A stretch of DNA of 64,000 nt from Bacteroides sp. (GCA_014802435.1 JAAVCG010000032.1:65839-129838), one strand, 5' to 3'; counted from the first letter of the stretch, positions 25,422 to 34,215 are shown. Notes: generated by a model from the letters alone, not told the origin. Numbers and translations: made by a program.

Positions 25422-26506
25422 TGATTTATGGAATTATTTAGAAATTCAATTCCTTCCTTCCGATACGCATTAAGCATGGCTTGAAAATCCATGTATGAGA
25501 TATCGGTAGTGAGTATTGATAGATTGTTGGTAAGTCGTTCTTTCAAGTTGAATTTATTAAGCAGTGTTTCCATGCGTCCGTTCATTCTTGCGGCATGATA
25601 TGATAGCGGAATAGTGATGAATTGGCGATTGAAAATCAGAGAGAATACAGTCCCGTGAAATGAATTTGTGACTACATATTCCGCATTTGAGATCAGGGAA
25701 AGCCATTGCGAGATGTCAGGATATATTTTAGTGTAGTCGTCGTCCATTCCTTGAGAGGCAACGTAGACCACATCTAATCCCCTTTCTTTTGCAAATGAAT
25801 AAATCAAATCTACGTCAAAGCAGATTTTACTACCTAATAAATAAACGAATATATATTTATTATTATTCGGAGTGGTGTCACGGGTTAATTCTTTGTAAGT
25901 AGCTGAAGGTAATAATAATGTTGGATCCGGAACTAATGTTGCGGGCTTTGCTCCCAATCTTTGACATTGCTGAAGGCCATCTAATTCTCTTACAGATATG
26001 GCGCTAAATGATTTTAACCATTTAGTAATGTATACGGCATCAAGACCCGAATACTCAATACCGCCGAAACTGGCAGCATAAGAAATTTTTTTGACATTTT
26101 GAGCTTTAATAAAGTCCAAAAAATAACTTCCGTCCAGTTTATTCCAAACCTGATCACTTCCGGTTATAAAAATATCAGCTTCCGGAGGTGAATTCAATAT
26201 GCTCTTTCTTGTAAATACTTCGTCAGACAGAGTGATATGCTTTTGTAAGAAGGCTTGCGCACCTCTGGATACTTCTTTGGTAACGTTTTTGTGTTTAGCC
26301 TTTTTCCTTTGCAATATTTGCTGAAAGGATATGAGTGACTTTAGTTTGTTTTTTAATCGCCATCTGATGGAGCCATTGTTGCTGATATATCTAATTAGAA
26401 AAGGTTTATGCCCCATCTCTCGAAGAACGGCCTGCAGAGCATATGCTTGGAGCGTTTGTCCGTAGTTGTCGTCTGAACGCCAATGAGTAATTACGCCGAT
26501 TGTCAT
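25418..26506 (-). CDS. Polysaccharide pyruvyl transferase family protein
   Basis: MTIGVITHWRSDNYGQTLQAYAL-type N-terminus and ..VVTNSFHGTVFS.. near the C-terminus. Confidence 0.8.
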   Translation of the reverse strand: MTIGVITHWRSDDNYGQTLQAYALQAVLREMGHKPFLIRYISNNGSIRWRLKNKLKSLISFQQILQRKKAKHKNVTKEVSRGAQAFLQKHITLSDEVFTRKSILNSPPEADIFITGSDQVWNKLDGSYFLDFIKAQNVKKISYAASFGGIEYSGLDAVYITKWLKSFSAISVRELDGLQQCQRLGAKPATLVPDPTLLLPSATYKELTRDTTPNNNKYIFVYLLGSKICFDVDLIYSFAKERGLDVVYVASQGMDDDYTKIYPDISQWLSLISNAEYVVTNSFHGTVFSLIFNRQFITIPLSYHAARMNGRMETLLNKFNLKERLTNNLSILTTDISYMDFQAMLNAYRKEGIEFLNNSINQ

Positions 26507-26510
26507 GTGC

Positions 26511-27668
26511 TTACAAAAGTTTTTTTAAGAAGTTTTTGACTTTACGTATGAATCGGTAATAAAGAGAGGGTTTGGATTTGTTGGCATATTTTTGTAGTGT
26601 TGCTACATTCGGGCTTTCGCTATATTTGGACCAAAAGACATTGTAAAGTTTGGGGCGTCTTGTCGATCTTATGAGGGTCGGATTAGATAATTTCGCTTTG
26701 TCAATAGTGGTCGCAAGTCGAAGTATGTCAAGTTCTTCAAAAATTTTGGCGCCGGCTTCTGTGTTAATCAGGATTAGGGAGGTGCCGGATTCTGATGCGA
26801 TTTCGGGCTCGAGGCTTTTTACTCGCCAGAAGTCGCCAATGATTATGTCACTTCGTGAGCGTCCGTCTTTTGCCGGACATTCAAAGCAGGAGGGCCGCAG
26901 GGTTATGTCGTGGAGGAATGCTTGCATGTATGTGTTGTCATGAATGAACTCGAAGTGATACTTTGATTTATTATTTGTTTGTTTGGTGTATGAAAGACCA
27001 AAATAAACCCAGCTATGGTGCTTGTCTCTAAAGGAGATGCGGGAAATTTCGTTCGGGGAGCCGATTTTTTCTTGGCGATAGTTGGCCCATACGAGCGGGG
27101 AGGGGACTCCATGGCAGATAACTGCTACTTTGAGGAGCAGGTCGCCATAGTCTTTTCGGAGGAAGAGGGTAAGGCCGGCAATTTGACATGGTGTTCCGGA
27201 GAAGAGCACTTTCCGGCCTTGTTTGAGGAATTTTTCGGCTTGGAGGAAGGAACTGCCAATGTCTGATTGGACGTATTTTGAGCCCATGAATTTGGAGAGT
27301 TCATGGGGCGATTCGGTGTAGGAGTGGATAACGTTATAGTTTTCGTCAAAGCATGCGCCGAAGATTACGCCTCCATGGTTGAGAATGTTAAGGGCGAGGG
27401 CATGGAAAATTCCGCCCGATGAGGATTCGCTGACAATTTGATTGTCAGGATTAATGGCGCCGTAGACTGCTAATGGTTCAGAGGGCGTTTGCCGGTTTAT
27501 AACGGGGCAGACGCGCTCGCAGAGAGAGCAGTTGATGCATTTTGAGGTGTCAACTTGGGGGTAGCGGAAGCCTTGTTGGTCGCGCTCAAATGAGATGCAA
27601 TTTACGGGACATCGCTCTACGCAGGCGCTGCATCCGACGCAGTCTTCTTTACGTTGAATCTGAATCAT
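26511..27668 (-). CDS. Coenzyme F420 hydrogenase/dehydrogenase beta-subunit-like Fe-S protein
   Basis: Two 4Fe-4S ferredoxin motifs (CVGCSACVERCP, CINCSLCERVCP). This protein is a common partner of pyruvyl transferases in capsule loci. Confidence 0.8.
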   Translation of the reverse strand: MIQIQRKEDCVGCSACVERCPVNCISFERDQQGFRYPQVDTSKCINCSLCERVCPVINRQTPSEPLAVYGAINPDNQIVSESSSGGIFHALALNILNHGGVIFGACFDENYNVIHSYTESPHELSKFMGSKYVQSDIGSSFLQAEKFLKQGRKVLFSGTPCQIAGLTLFLRKDYGDLLLKVAVICHGVPSPLVWANYRQEKIGSPNEISRISFRDKHHSWVYFGLSYTKQTNNKSKYHFEFIHDNTYMQAFLHDITLRPSCFECPAKDGRSRSDIIIGDFWRVKSLEPEIASESGTSLILINTEAGAKIFEELDILRLATTIDKAKLSNPTLIRSTRRPKLYNVFWSKYSESPNVATLQKYANKSKPSLYYRFIRKVKNFLKKLL

Positions 27669-27674
27669 TTGTGT

Positions 27675-29198
27675 TTAATGGCGGCTACTTGGGCGGGAGA
27701 GGATTTTTTTGAGAGGCGAGGAGAAGAGATTGCGTTCGTAGGAGTTCATTGAGAAGAACCAGGCGGACGCGATGTATATGATTGTGAAGAGGGTTATGCC
27801 GAGAGCGAGCGTGGGGATTCGGGAGTAGTCAAAGAATCGGTTGGTTGTGTATCCGATGATTGTCAGGATTGCGGGGGCTATGAGTTGCTTGAGGTTTTCG
27901 CTCCAGAAGCGGGGAATGTTGATGTCTTGGCGGGTGTAGTAGTAGATGTTCATGATTATGCCGGTACCAAGAATCAGGGCTGCTCCAATTGCGATTGCGC
28001 ATCCGAGAGCTCCGTAACTTTTTGAGAGGATTATCTGGAAGATGAGGCTGATTATGGCGATGGTGACGTAGAGGAGTGAGCGAAATTTCATCTGGTTTCT
28101 TGCCTGGAGAATGGTAATGCCGATGTTTTGGATGAGGGGAATGTAGAGGGCAATGAAGAAGATGAGGGTGATTAGGAATGATTCGGAGTATTCATTTCCG
28201 GCCCATAGTTTGATGAAGCTTTGTCCGAAGACGATGAATCCGCCGAGGATTAAGGCCATGATGAGGTTCTGAATGCGTCCGATGCGGATAAACAGGTTTG
28301 AGATTTCAGTCTTGGAGTGGTTATGGGTAATCATTGCGGTCATCCGGGGGAGCATGACGCTTACAATGGAGGTTGAGAATTGCATGTACATTTGCTGGAG
28401 CATAATGGCGACGGAGAAGATGGCGACGGCGATTGTTCCGGAGATTGCCCCAAGGACGAATTGGCCGGTGCCCCAGTAGATTTTGTCCATAATGGCATTG
28501 AGGAATATCCAGAATGAGTAGATGGATATTTCCTTGATGAATGCAAGGTCGAAGTGGCCGAATAGGATTTTTATTTTGAGCTTTTTCTTACAGTAAATCA
28601 GATTGATGATTAGAGTAAGAATGTTGAAGACGGTGTTAACGACGACTAATGCTATTGCTTTGTAGCCGATGAGGAGGAGGCCGATCATTACGCCGGTGCA
28701 GAGCAGGATTCGGGCTATGTTAATCACCCGCTGGAACACGAAGTTTTCGTAGGCGGAGATGATTGAGCCGAAAATGCTCAGCGGGAAGGTGAAGACGAGG
28801 TTGAACGTCAACAGGAGCATCATCGTGCGCGCCTGTGAGATGTCGTCCGGGGTCATCGTTTGGTCAAAGAGGGCTTCAACGTTGAAGTATAGTCCCAGGC
28901 CGCCGCAAAAGGCTATTAATCCGATGATTGAGTAGACAATCAGGAACATGCCAAACATTTCCCATTGTTCGCGGGTTTTTCCTTCTGCGCGGAATTTGGA
29001 GGTGTAGCGTATAATGGCATTGCCAAACCCGAAGTCAAGTATGGTCAGGTATGCAATTACGGATGAAACGAGCGAGTATAGCCCGTATTCATTCTGTCCC
29101 AGGCATCGGAGCAGGAATGGAGTATAGGCTAATCCGACGATGGTGTTCAGCCCGATTATGACGTAGTTAAGGATTGCACCGGCTTTAATTTGGTTCAT
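27675..29198 (-). CDS. Oligosaccharide flippase (Wzx / polysaccharide biosynthesis protein family)
   Basis: Multi-pass membrane protein. The start MNQIKAGAILNYV at 29198 makes an ATGA overlap with the upstream ORF. The Pro-rich upstream extension of the ORF track is rejected. Confidence 0.85.
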   Translation of the reverse strand: MNQIKAGAILNYVIIGLNTIVGLAYTPFLLRCLGQNEYGLYSLVSSVIAYLTILDFGFGNAIIRYTSKFRAEGKTREQWEMFGMFLIVYSIIGLIAFCGGLGLYFNVEALFDQTMTPDDISQARTMMLLLTFNLVFTFPLSIFGSIISAYENFVFQRVINIARILLCTGVMIGLLLIGYKAIALVVVNTVFNILTLIINLIYCKKKLKIKILFGHFDLAFIKEISIYSFWIFLNAIMDKIYWGTGQFVLGAISGTIAVAIFSVAIMLQQMYMQFSTSIVSVMLPRMTAMITHNHSKTEISNLFIRIGRIQNLIMALILGGFIVFGQSFIKLWAGNEYSESFLITLIFFIALYIPLIQNIGITILQARNQMKFRSLLYVTIAIISLIFQIILSKSYGALGCAIAIGAALILGTGIIMNIYYYTRQDINIPRFWSENLKQLIAPAILTIIGYTTNRFFDYSRIPTLALGITLFTIIYIASAWFFSMNSYERNLFSSPLKKILSRPSSRH

Positions 29199-29770
29199 GA
29201 GCGGGAGTTTGCTTGGAGCAGGGGGAGGAGGGTTGAGGGGGATGGGAGGAAGGGGGAGAGGTCTGTTTGGAGGAGGAGGCGGGATTGGGTTTTGAGGTCT
29301 TGGCCCTGGATTTTTGGGCGGCGGGGGTTTTTGAAGTTTTGGAGCCAGGCGGCGACTTGGAGAGAGTGCCATCGGAGGGGGGCTCCGAGAAATGCTGGGT
29401 CGCGGCGTTGGATGGCTTGGTTTATGTGAGGGAAGAGGTCATAGGGGGTTATGGTTTGGTCGCCGTGGATGAGGGCGTTGAATGCTTGGAGGATGAGGGG
29501 GTTAGTGAGGGTTGAGGGGGCGGGGAGGGAGTGGGCAATTCGGTGGAGGAGGTCAATGGCCTGGACGGTCTGGAGGGCCTCGGAGGCAGAGAGGGCGGGG
29601 GCGGCTTGGATGGCTTGGTCAATCCATCGGGCGGCTTGGCCGCGGGTAGTTGCGGCCTGAGGGGAGGAGGGGGTTGCCGGGTCGTGGAGCCGGAGGGCGT
29701 TGGCCCGGGAGAATATGTCACGAGCCCGGGTGAGGAGGTCAGGGATTGAGGAGGGGGCGGGTGAGTTCAT
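29195..29770 (-). CDS. Hypothetical protein in the UpxZ position (between the UpxY-like gene and the flippase)
   Basis: 191-aa ORF overlapping both neighbours. The call rests on synteny only; no motif is recognised. Confidence 0.45.
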   Translation of the reverse strand: MNSPAPSSIPDLLTRARDIFSRANALRLHDPATPSSPQAATTRGQAARWIDQAIQAAPALSASEALQTVQAIDLLHRIAHSLPAPSTLTNPLILQAFNALIHGDQTITPYDLFPHINQAIQRRDPAFLGAPLRWHSLQVAAWLQNFKNPRRPKIQGQDLKTQSRLLLQTDLSPFLPSPSTLLPLLQANSRS

Positions 29771-30755
29771 ATTCTTGCGTGATGAGGAGTTGGAGCTTCG
29801 ATTGCGGGGTGAGGCCGGCGATTTGTTGGAGCCCGAGGTTGAGAGGGGCGGGGTCAGAGGTCGAGAGGGCTATGATGAGTAGGACGAGTGCTTTGGTCCA
29901 GGGGTTTGTGATGATTGGGGGGAGCGAGGGGGTTAGTTTTTTGAGTTTTTGGAGGGCTTGGGTTTGTTGCCCGAGGATATGGTGAGCTCCGAGCAGGAGG
30001 GCGTCGAGTTTGGGTTGGAGTTTTTGGTTCTGCAGGGTGAGTGATTGCATCCTGGAGGTGAACACGGCGATTTGCGAGGCGAGAGGGCGGGGGAGAGGTT
30101 GGTTTTGGACTGAGAGGCGGAGAGCTTTGAGGAGGCGGGGGATGAAGTGGTCAATCTGGTCGTATTCCCTTCCGGAGGCGGGGGCGAATTGGAGGATTCT
30201 GATTTGGTCGGCGCGGATGTTGAATGCGGCGGTTGCGAGTCCTTGGTCTACTTGGAGAATTATTGTCCCGGTTTTTGAGCGGGGATTGGGGATGTAGTGT
30301 CCGCGGAGTCCGGGGAAGTCGCCGGTGATTACTTCAACGAGGTCGCCGGCGGCGATGTCGATGTCGGCGGGAGAGAAGAAGGGGAGGGTATTAGAGTAGG
30401 CGCGCGCAATGGTCATGAATTGTTTCATCTGGGGGTCGGAGATGGTTGCGTAGCGGTTCTTTCCGGCTCGGTCAATGAGGAATGCGAATCCTTGGCGCAG
30501 TGCGCAGAGTTGTTTGATTTGAGGTAGTGTACCGCGGATGAATGTGTAGAAGAAAGTCAGCGGCGCGGATCGGAATTGGATTTTTCCTTGTTTTTGAGTA
30601 GGGAGGGAGTATTTTGGGTGAAAGAGGGTGAGAGGGGCTTCCTGAGGGGAGATTGAGCGGTTAAATTTGTTGATTATTTTGTCTGCAGCGGCGCCCGGGG
30701 CGTCGGGGATGAACGTGAGTATGTGCCATTGAGGGGCGGGCTGCGGGGTTGGCAT
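29739..30755 (-). CDS. UpxY-family (NusG/RfaH-like) transcription antiterminator with a long C-terminal extension
   Basis: NGN-like N-terminus (WHILTF.., FYTFIRG) and a KOW-like AGDLVEVITGDFPGLRGHY. It is the first gene after the invertible promoter. At 338 aa it looks roughly double my recollection of usual UpxY length (recalled, not checked). Confidence 0.7.
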   Translation of the reverse strand: MPTPQPAPQWHILTFIPDAPGAAADKIINKFNRSISPQEAPLTLFHPKYSLPTQKQGKIQFRSAPLTFFYTFIRGTLPQIKQLCALRQGFAFLIDRAGKNRYATISDPQMKQFMTIARAYSNTLPFFSPADIDIAAGDLVEVITGDFPGLRGHYIPNPRSKTGTIILQVDQGLATAAFNIRADQIRILQFAPASGREYDQIDHFIPRLLKALRLSVQNQPLPRPLASQIAVFTSRMQSLTLQNQKLQPKLDALLLGAHHILGQQTQALQKLKKLTPSLPPIITNPWTKALVLLIIALSTSDPAPLNLGLQQIAGLTPQSKLQLLITQEYELTRPLLNP

Positions 30756-30836
30756 CAGGGTATAGTTTTAGATGGCTTGATTCGGGTTAACGCGCTGATT
30801 TGCAAATGGTTGTGCGTGTGATGAATCAAACTGCGG

Positions 30837-30867
30837 AAAAATATCTCTTGCTAAGAGATACTTTTTT
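30837..30867. repeat. Inverted repeat, left copy (IR-L) of the capsule promoter inverton
   Basis: aaaaatatctcttGCTaagagatactttttt. Its reverse complement matches 31027-31058 over 29 contiguous nt. Confidence 0.9.
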
Positions 30868-31026
30868 CACGGCAAAGTTAATAAAAATTTCTGAGTTTTA
30901 TGCTATAATTCAGATTTTTGTAAAGTTTTTTCTTTGAGCGGCGGTTTGGCGCTCGGGGATAAAATTTTATAAGTTTTATAAGATTTATAAGTCTTATAAG
31001 TCATATTATCAGGGAAGTGTGTTCAT
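30868..31026 (-). promoter_or_regulatory. Invertible promoter segment, currently ON (reading toward the upxY-like gene)
   Basis: CAAAGTTA at 30873-30880 is TAACTTTG on the minus strand. It sits just inside IR-L and points to the ATG at 30755. The segment also holds 4 x 9-bp TTATAAG repeats (30965-31000). Confidence 0.7.
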
Positions 31027-31058
31027 AAAAGTATCTCTTAGCAAGAGATATTTTTTTT
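31027..31058. repeat. Inverted repeat, right copy (IR-R), overlapping the recombinase stop codon
   Basis: aaaagtatctcttAGCaagagatatttttttt. Confidence 0.9.
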
Positions 31059-31938
31059 AGAGGGCGGAGAGGATTAGGTCGTTGGCGCGGTCAATTGTTT
31101 CGTTTGATAGGGTTTGGAGGTAAATCTGGGTTGTTTTTATGGAGTCGTGGCCCATAGCTTGGCTGATGGTGTTGATTTGTATTCCTTTTGATTGAGCGGC
31201 CGAGGCCCATGAATGGCGGGCAACGTAGAGGGTTAGCGGCTGAGAGAGTCCCAGGCGGGGCATCAGTTGCTTGAGCGCGGCATTGATTTGCGCGCTTTTG
31301 TTGCGATAGGCCGAGCGGATGTTTTTTGATTGTCGTGTTAAGATTGGCAGCAGGCGCTCCGTTGGGTTTGTAGGGTATTTTTGGATTATGCGGTTTATTT
31401 GCGGTGTGATTCTGATTGTGAGGGGTTGCCCGGTTTTTTGGCGACGGTAAGTCAGGGTGTCTCCTTTTAATTGAGATTTTTTAAGGAGACACATGTCAAT
31501 GAAGCTCATTCCGCGGAGCATGAAGGAGAGTATGAACACGTCGCGGGCAAATTCGAGTTGTGGTTCCTTTTTCAGGTTGAGTTGGTGCATCCGTTTGATA
31601 GTTTTTAGCGGGATTGCGCGTTTGATGGTTTTTTTGACTCCGGTGTAAACGTCGCGAAAGGGTTTGCGGTCTGGCGTGAGTCCTTGTTTTACGGCCCGAT
31701 TGTAGGCTGCGCGGAGAATCCTCATGTAGAATGATGATGTGTTTTGGCATATTCCCTTGTTTGCGAGCCATGATTCGAATTGCCGGATAATGGCCGGGGT
31801 TATTTGGCTCAGGGGAATGTCGTCGCCCTGGCGGAATCGGAGAAAGGCGTTGAGAGCGGCGAGATATGTCTCGGCTGTTCGATGATGGCCGGTGGTTTTC
31901 AGGTCGGCGATAAGTGCATGGATGAATGGGGCGGTCAT
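31057..31938 (-). CDS. Tyrosine site-specific recombinase (phage-integrase family), candidate capsule-promoter invertase
   Basis: SAM-like N-terminal domain. The catalytic region has ARHSWAS and MGHDSIKTTQIYL (His and Tyr). The gene directly abuts IR-R. Confidence 0.85.
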   Translation of the reverse strand: MTAPFIHALIADLKTTGHHRTAETYLAALNAFLRFRQGDDIPLSQITPAIIRQFESWLANKGICQNTSSFYMRILRAAYNRAVKQGLTPDRKPFRDVYTGVKKTIKRAIPLKTIKRMHQLNLKKEPQLEFARDVFILSFMLRGMSFIDMCLLKKSQLKGDTLTYRRQKTGQPLTIRITPQINRIIQKYPTNPTERLLPILTRQSKNIRSAYRNKSAQINAALKQLMPRLGLSQPLTLYVARHSWASAAQSKGIQINTISQAMGHDSIKTTQIYLQTLSNETIDRANDLILSAL

Positions 31939-31944
31939 TTTTTT

Positions 31945-31998
31945 GTTTAGTGTTTAGTGTTTATGGTTTATGGTTTATGGTTTAGTGAGGGGTTTATG
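31945..31998. repeat. Heptamer tandem array (GTTTAGT/GTTTATG) x7 directly upstream of the recombinase ATG
   Basis: On the coding (minus) strand it reads (CATAAAC/ACTAAAC)n-AAAAAA-ATG. Confidence 0.85.
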
Positions 31999-32020
31999 TG
32001 GTTATTTCAAAAAAAATTGC

Positions 32021-32028
32021 TAAATTTG
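32021..32028 (+). promoter_or_regulatory. Candidate -7 box TAAATTTG
   Basis: 25 nt upstream of the ATG at 32054. Confidence 0.5.
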
Positions 32029-32053
32029 CCGAAATTTTAAATCACATTACATA

Positions 32054-34096
32054 ATGAAACTGACAAAATTCGCTATTGCTATGTCAATTGCTTTGACCGG
32101 ATGTGGAAATCACGCTCCGGAGCATCTGAAGAGCTTGAAGGCTGATCAGATTACCGATTCCATCGCCCCGGGCGAGGATTTTTTTCTTCATGTGAATCAG
32201 CGTTGGATGACTGAAAATCCGTTGACTGATGAGTATGCACGCTTTGGCGTCTTTGACCAGCTGCGTGACACTGCCGAGGAACGTGTACGCCAGCTCGTTA
32301 CGGGATTGGCTGATACGAATCCCGAGACCGGAACCGTTGCCCATAAGGTTGCTACTATTTATACTCAGGCAATGGATTCCGTGCGCCGCAATAAGTTGGG
32401 CGCTGAGCCTATCAAGGCTGACCTGCAGAAGATTGAGTCTGCTCCGGCTGATTCACTCTATCAGATTTTCCTCTGGATGCATAAGAATTATGCGTCGCCC
32501 TTCTTTGGCGCAGGCCCGATGGAGGATTTGAATGACTCAAATCAGTATGCCATGTACGTTAGCGGCGGAGGCATGAGCCTTGGTGACCGCGATTATTATC
32601 TTGAAAACGACGAGCGCAATACGGAAGTTCGCAATGCCTATAAGAAACTTATTGTAGACCAAATGGTTAACGCGGGCTATTCAGAAGCTGACGCCAAGCG
32701 CATCATGCAGAACGTCATCAAGCTTGAAACCTCTCTGGCCGAGAAGGCCTGGACCCGCGAACAGAGCCGCGACCTTCCCGCAATGAATAATCCGCGCTCG
32801 CTGGCTGAACTGAAGGAGATGTATCCTCAGGTCAACTGGGACGAGTTCTTCCCCGCAACTATGGGCATCACCGCTCCTGACCGCGTAATCGTAACTGAAA
32901 TCGAACCGGTTAAGCGCGCCATGGAGCTGCTGGCCAATTCCTCAGAACGTGAACTCAAGGATTATTACCTCTGGAAATACGTCAGCCAGGCCTCTCCCTT
33001 CCTGAGCGATGACTTCACCAATGCTTCATTTGAATTCAACAAGGTTATGAGCGGAGTGAAGGAACAGAAACCCCGCTGGAAGCGCGCCCTGGCCGCCACG
33101 GAAGGCACCCTTGGCGAGGCTATCGGCGAACTCTACGTTGAGAAATATTTCCCGGCTTCAAGCAAGGAATATATGATCAATCTCGTTGAAAACCTCCGCA
33201 CTGCTCTTGGCGAACACATTGACAATCTCACCTGGATGAGCGACTCAACCAAGGCCAATGCGCGCGAAAAACTCGCCGCCTTCACCGTCAAGATCGGTTA
33301 TCCCGATAAGTGGAAAGACTATTCAACGATGAATATTGACCCCGAATTGAGCTATTATGAGAATATGCACAATGCGTCAATGTGGCATCAGGCCGATATG
33401 CTCTCAAAGTGGGGCAAGCCGGTGGATAAGACCGAATGGGGCATGACTCCTCAAACTGTTAATGCCTACTATAACCCGATGGCAAATGAAATCGTCTTCC
33501 CGGCAGCTATTCTTCAGGCTCCGTTCTTTGACCCCGAGGCGAGCGATGCTGAAAACTATGGCGGCATCGGAGTGGTTATCGGCCATGAAATGACCCATGG
33601 ATTTGATGACCAGGGACGCAATTTTGATAAGGACGGCAACATGGTCAACTGGTGGACCGATGCTGATGCCGAGGCCTTTGCCAAGCTGACTCAGGGCCTC
33701 GTTGACCAGTTCAGCGCCGTTGAAGTTCTCCCCGGCCTCCACGCCAACGGAGCCTACACTCTCGGCGAAAACATTGCTGACCAGGGCGGCCTCCGCGTTT
33801 CAATGACCGCCTTCCTCAACTCTCAGAAAAAGAAGGGCGTCGACGTCAACTCCGAGACGGCAAAGATTGAAGGCTTCACCCCCGAACAGGTCTTCTACAT
33901 GAACTATGCCAACCTCTGGGCCCAGAATATCCGCGACGAGGAAATCCGCTCGCTGACCGTCGGCGACGTTCATTCTCTCGGAAATCTCCGCGTCAACGTC
34001 AGCCTGCGCAATCTTGAACCCTTCTTCCGCGCTTTCGGAATCAAGGAAGGCGACAAGATGTGGCGTCCGGAAGAAGAACGCATCATCATTTGGTAA
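32054..34096 (+). CDS. M13-family zinc metallopeptidase (PepO/endothelin-converting-enzyme-like) lipoprotein
   Basis: Lipobox ALTGC, HEXXH motif (VIGHEMTHGFD), and ENIADQGG. Confidence 0.92.
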   Translation: MKLTKFAIAMSIALTGCGNHAPEHLKSLKADQITDSIAPGEDFFLHVNQRWMTENPLTDEYARFGVFDQLRDTAEERVRQLVTGLADTNPETGTVAHKVATIYTQAMDSVRRNKLGAEPIKADLQKIESAPADSLYQIFLWMHKNYASPFFGAGPMEDLNDSNQYAMYVSGGGMSLGDRDYYLENDERNTEVRNAYKKLIVDQMVNAGYSEADAKRIMQNVIKLETSLAEKAWTREQSRDLPAMNNPRSLAELKEMYPQVNWDEFFPATMGITAPDRVIVTEIEPVKRAMELLANSSERELKDYYLWKYVSQASPFLSDDFTNASFEFNKVMSGVKEQKPRWKRALAATEGTLGEAIGELYVEKYFPASSKEYMINLVENLRTALGEHIDNLTWMSDSTKANAREKLAAFTVKIGYPDKWKDYSTMNIDPELSYYENMHNASMWHQADMLSKWGKPVDKTEWGMTPQTVNAYYNPMANEIVFPAAILQAPFFDPEASDAENYGGIGVVIGHEMTHGFDDQGRNFDKDGNMVNWWTDADAEAFAKLTQGLVDQFSAVEVLPGLHANGAYTLGENIADQGGLRVSMTAFLNSQKKKGVDVNSETAKIEGFTPEQVFYMNYANLWAQNIRDEEIRSLTVGDVHSLGNLRVNVSLRNLEPFFRAFGIKEGDKMWRPEEERIIIW

Positions 34097-34215
34097 ACTT
34101 TTTATTGAAATCAATCGTTTTAAGATTAAAAAGGAGGCTCGGATTGCCATTAATGGCCTGATGAGTCTCCCGGAATCTTAAAACATACAGTAACCATTAA
34201 TTTAAGTAAAAAACT

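Noticed and set aside
29199-29372. Proline-rich 58-aa N-terminal extension of the flippase ORF, and several Pro/Gly-rich ORFs between 29190 and 30527
   Set aside because: The extension overlaps the UpxZ-position ORF, and the flippase has a good internal start with an ATGA overlap. The other ORFs are frame artefacts of GC-rich, Pro/Gln-codon-rich sequence.
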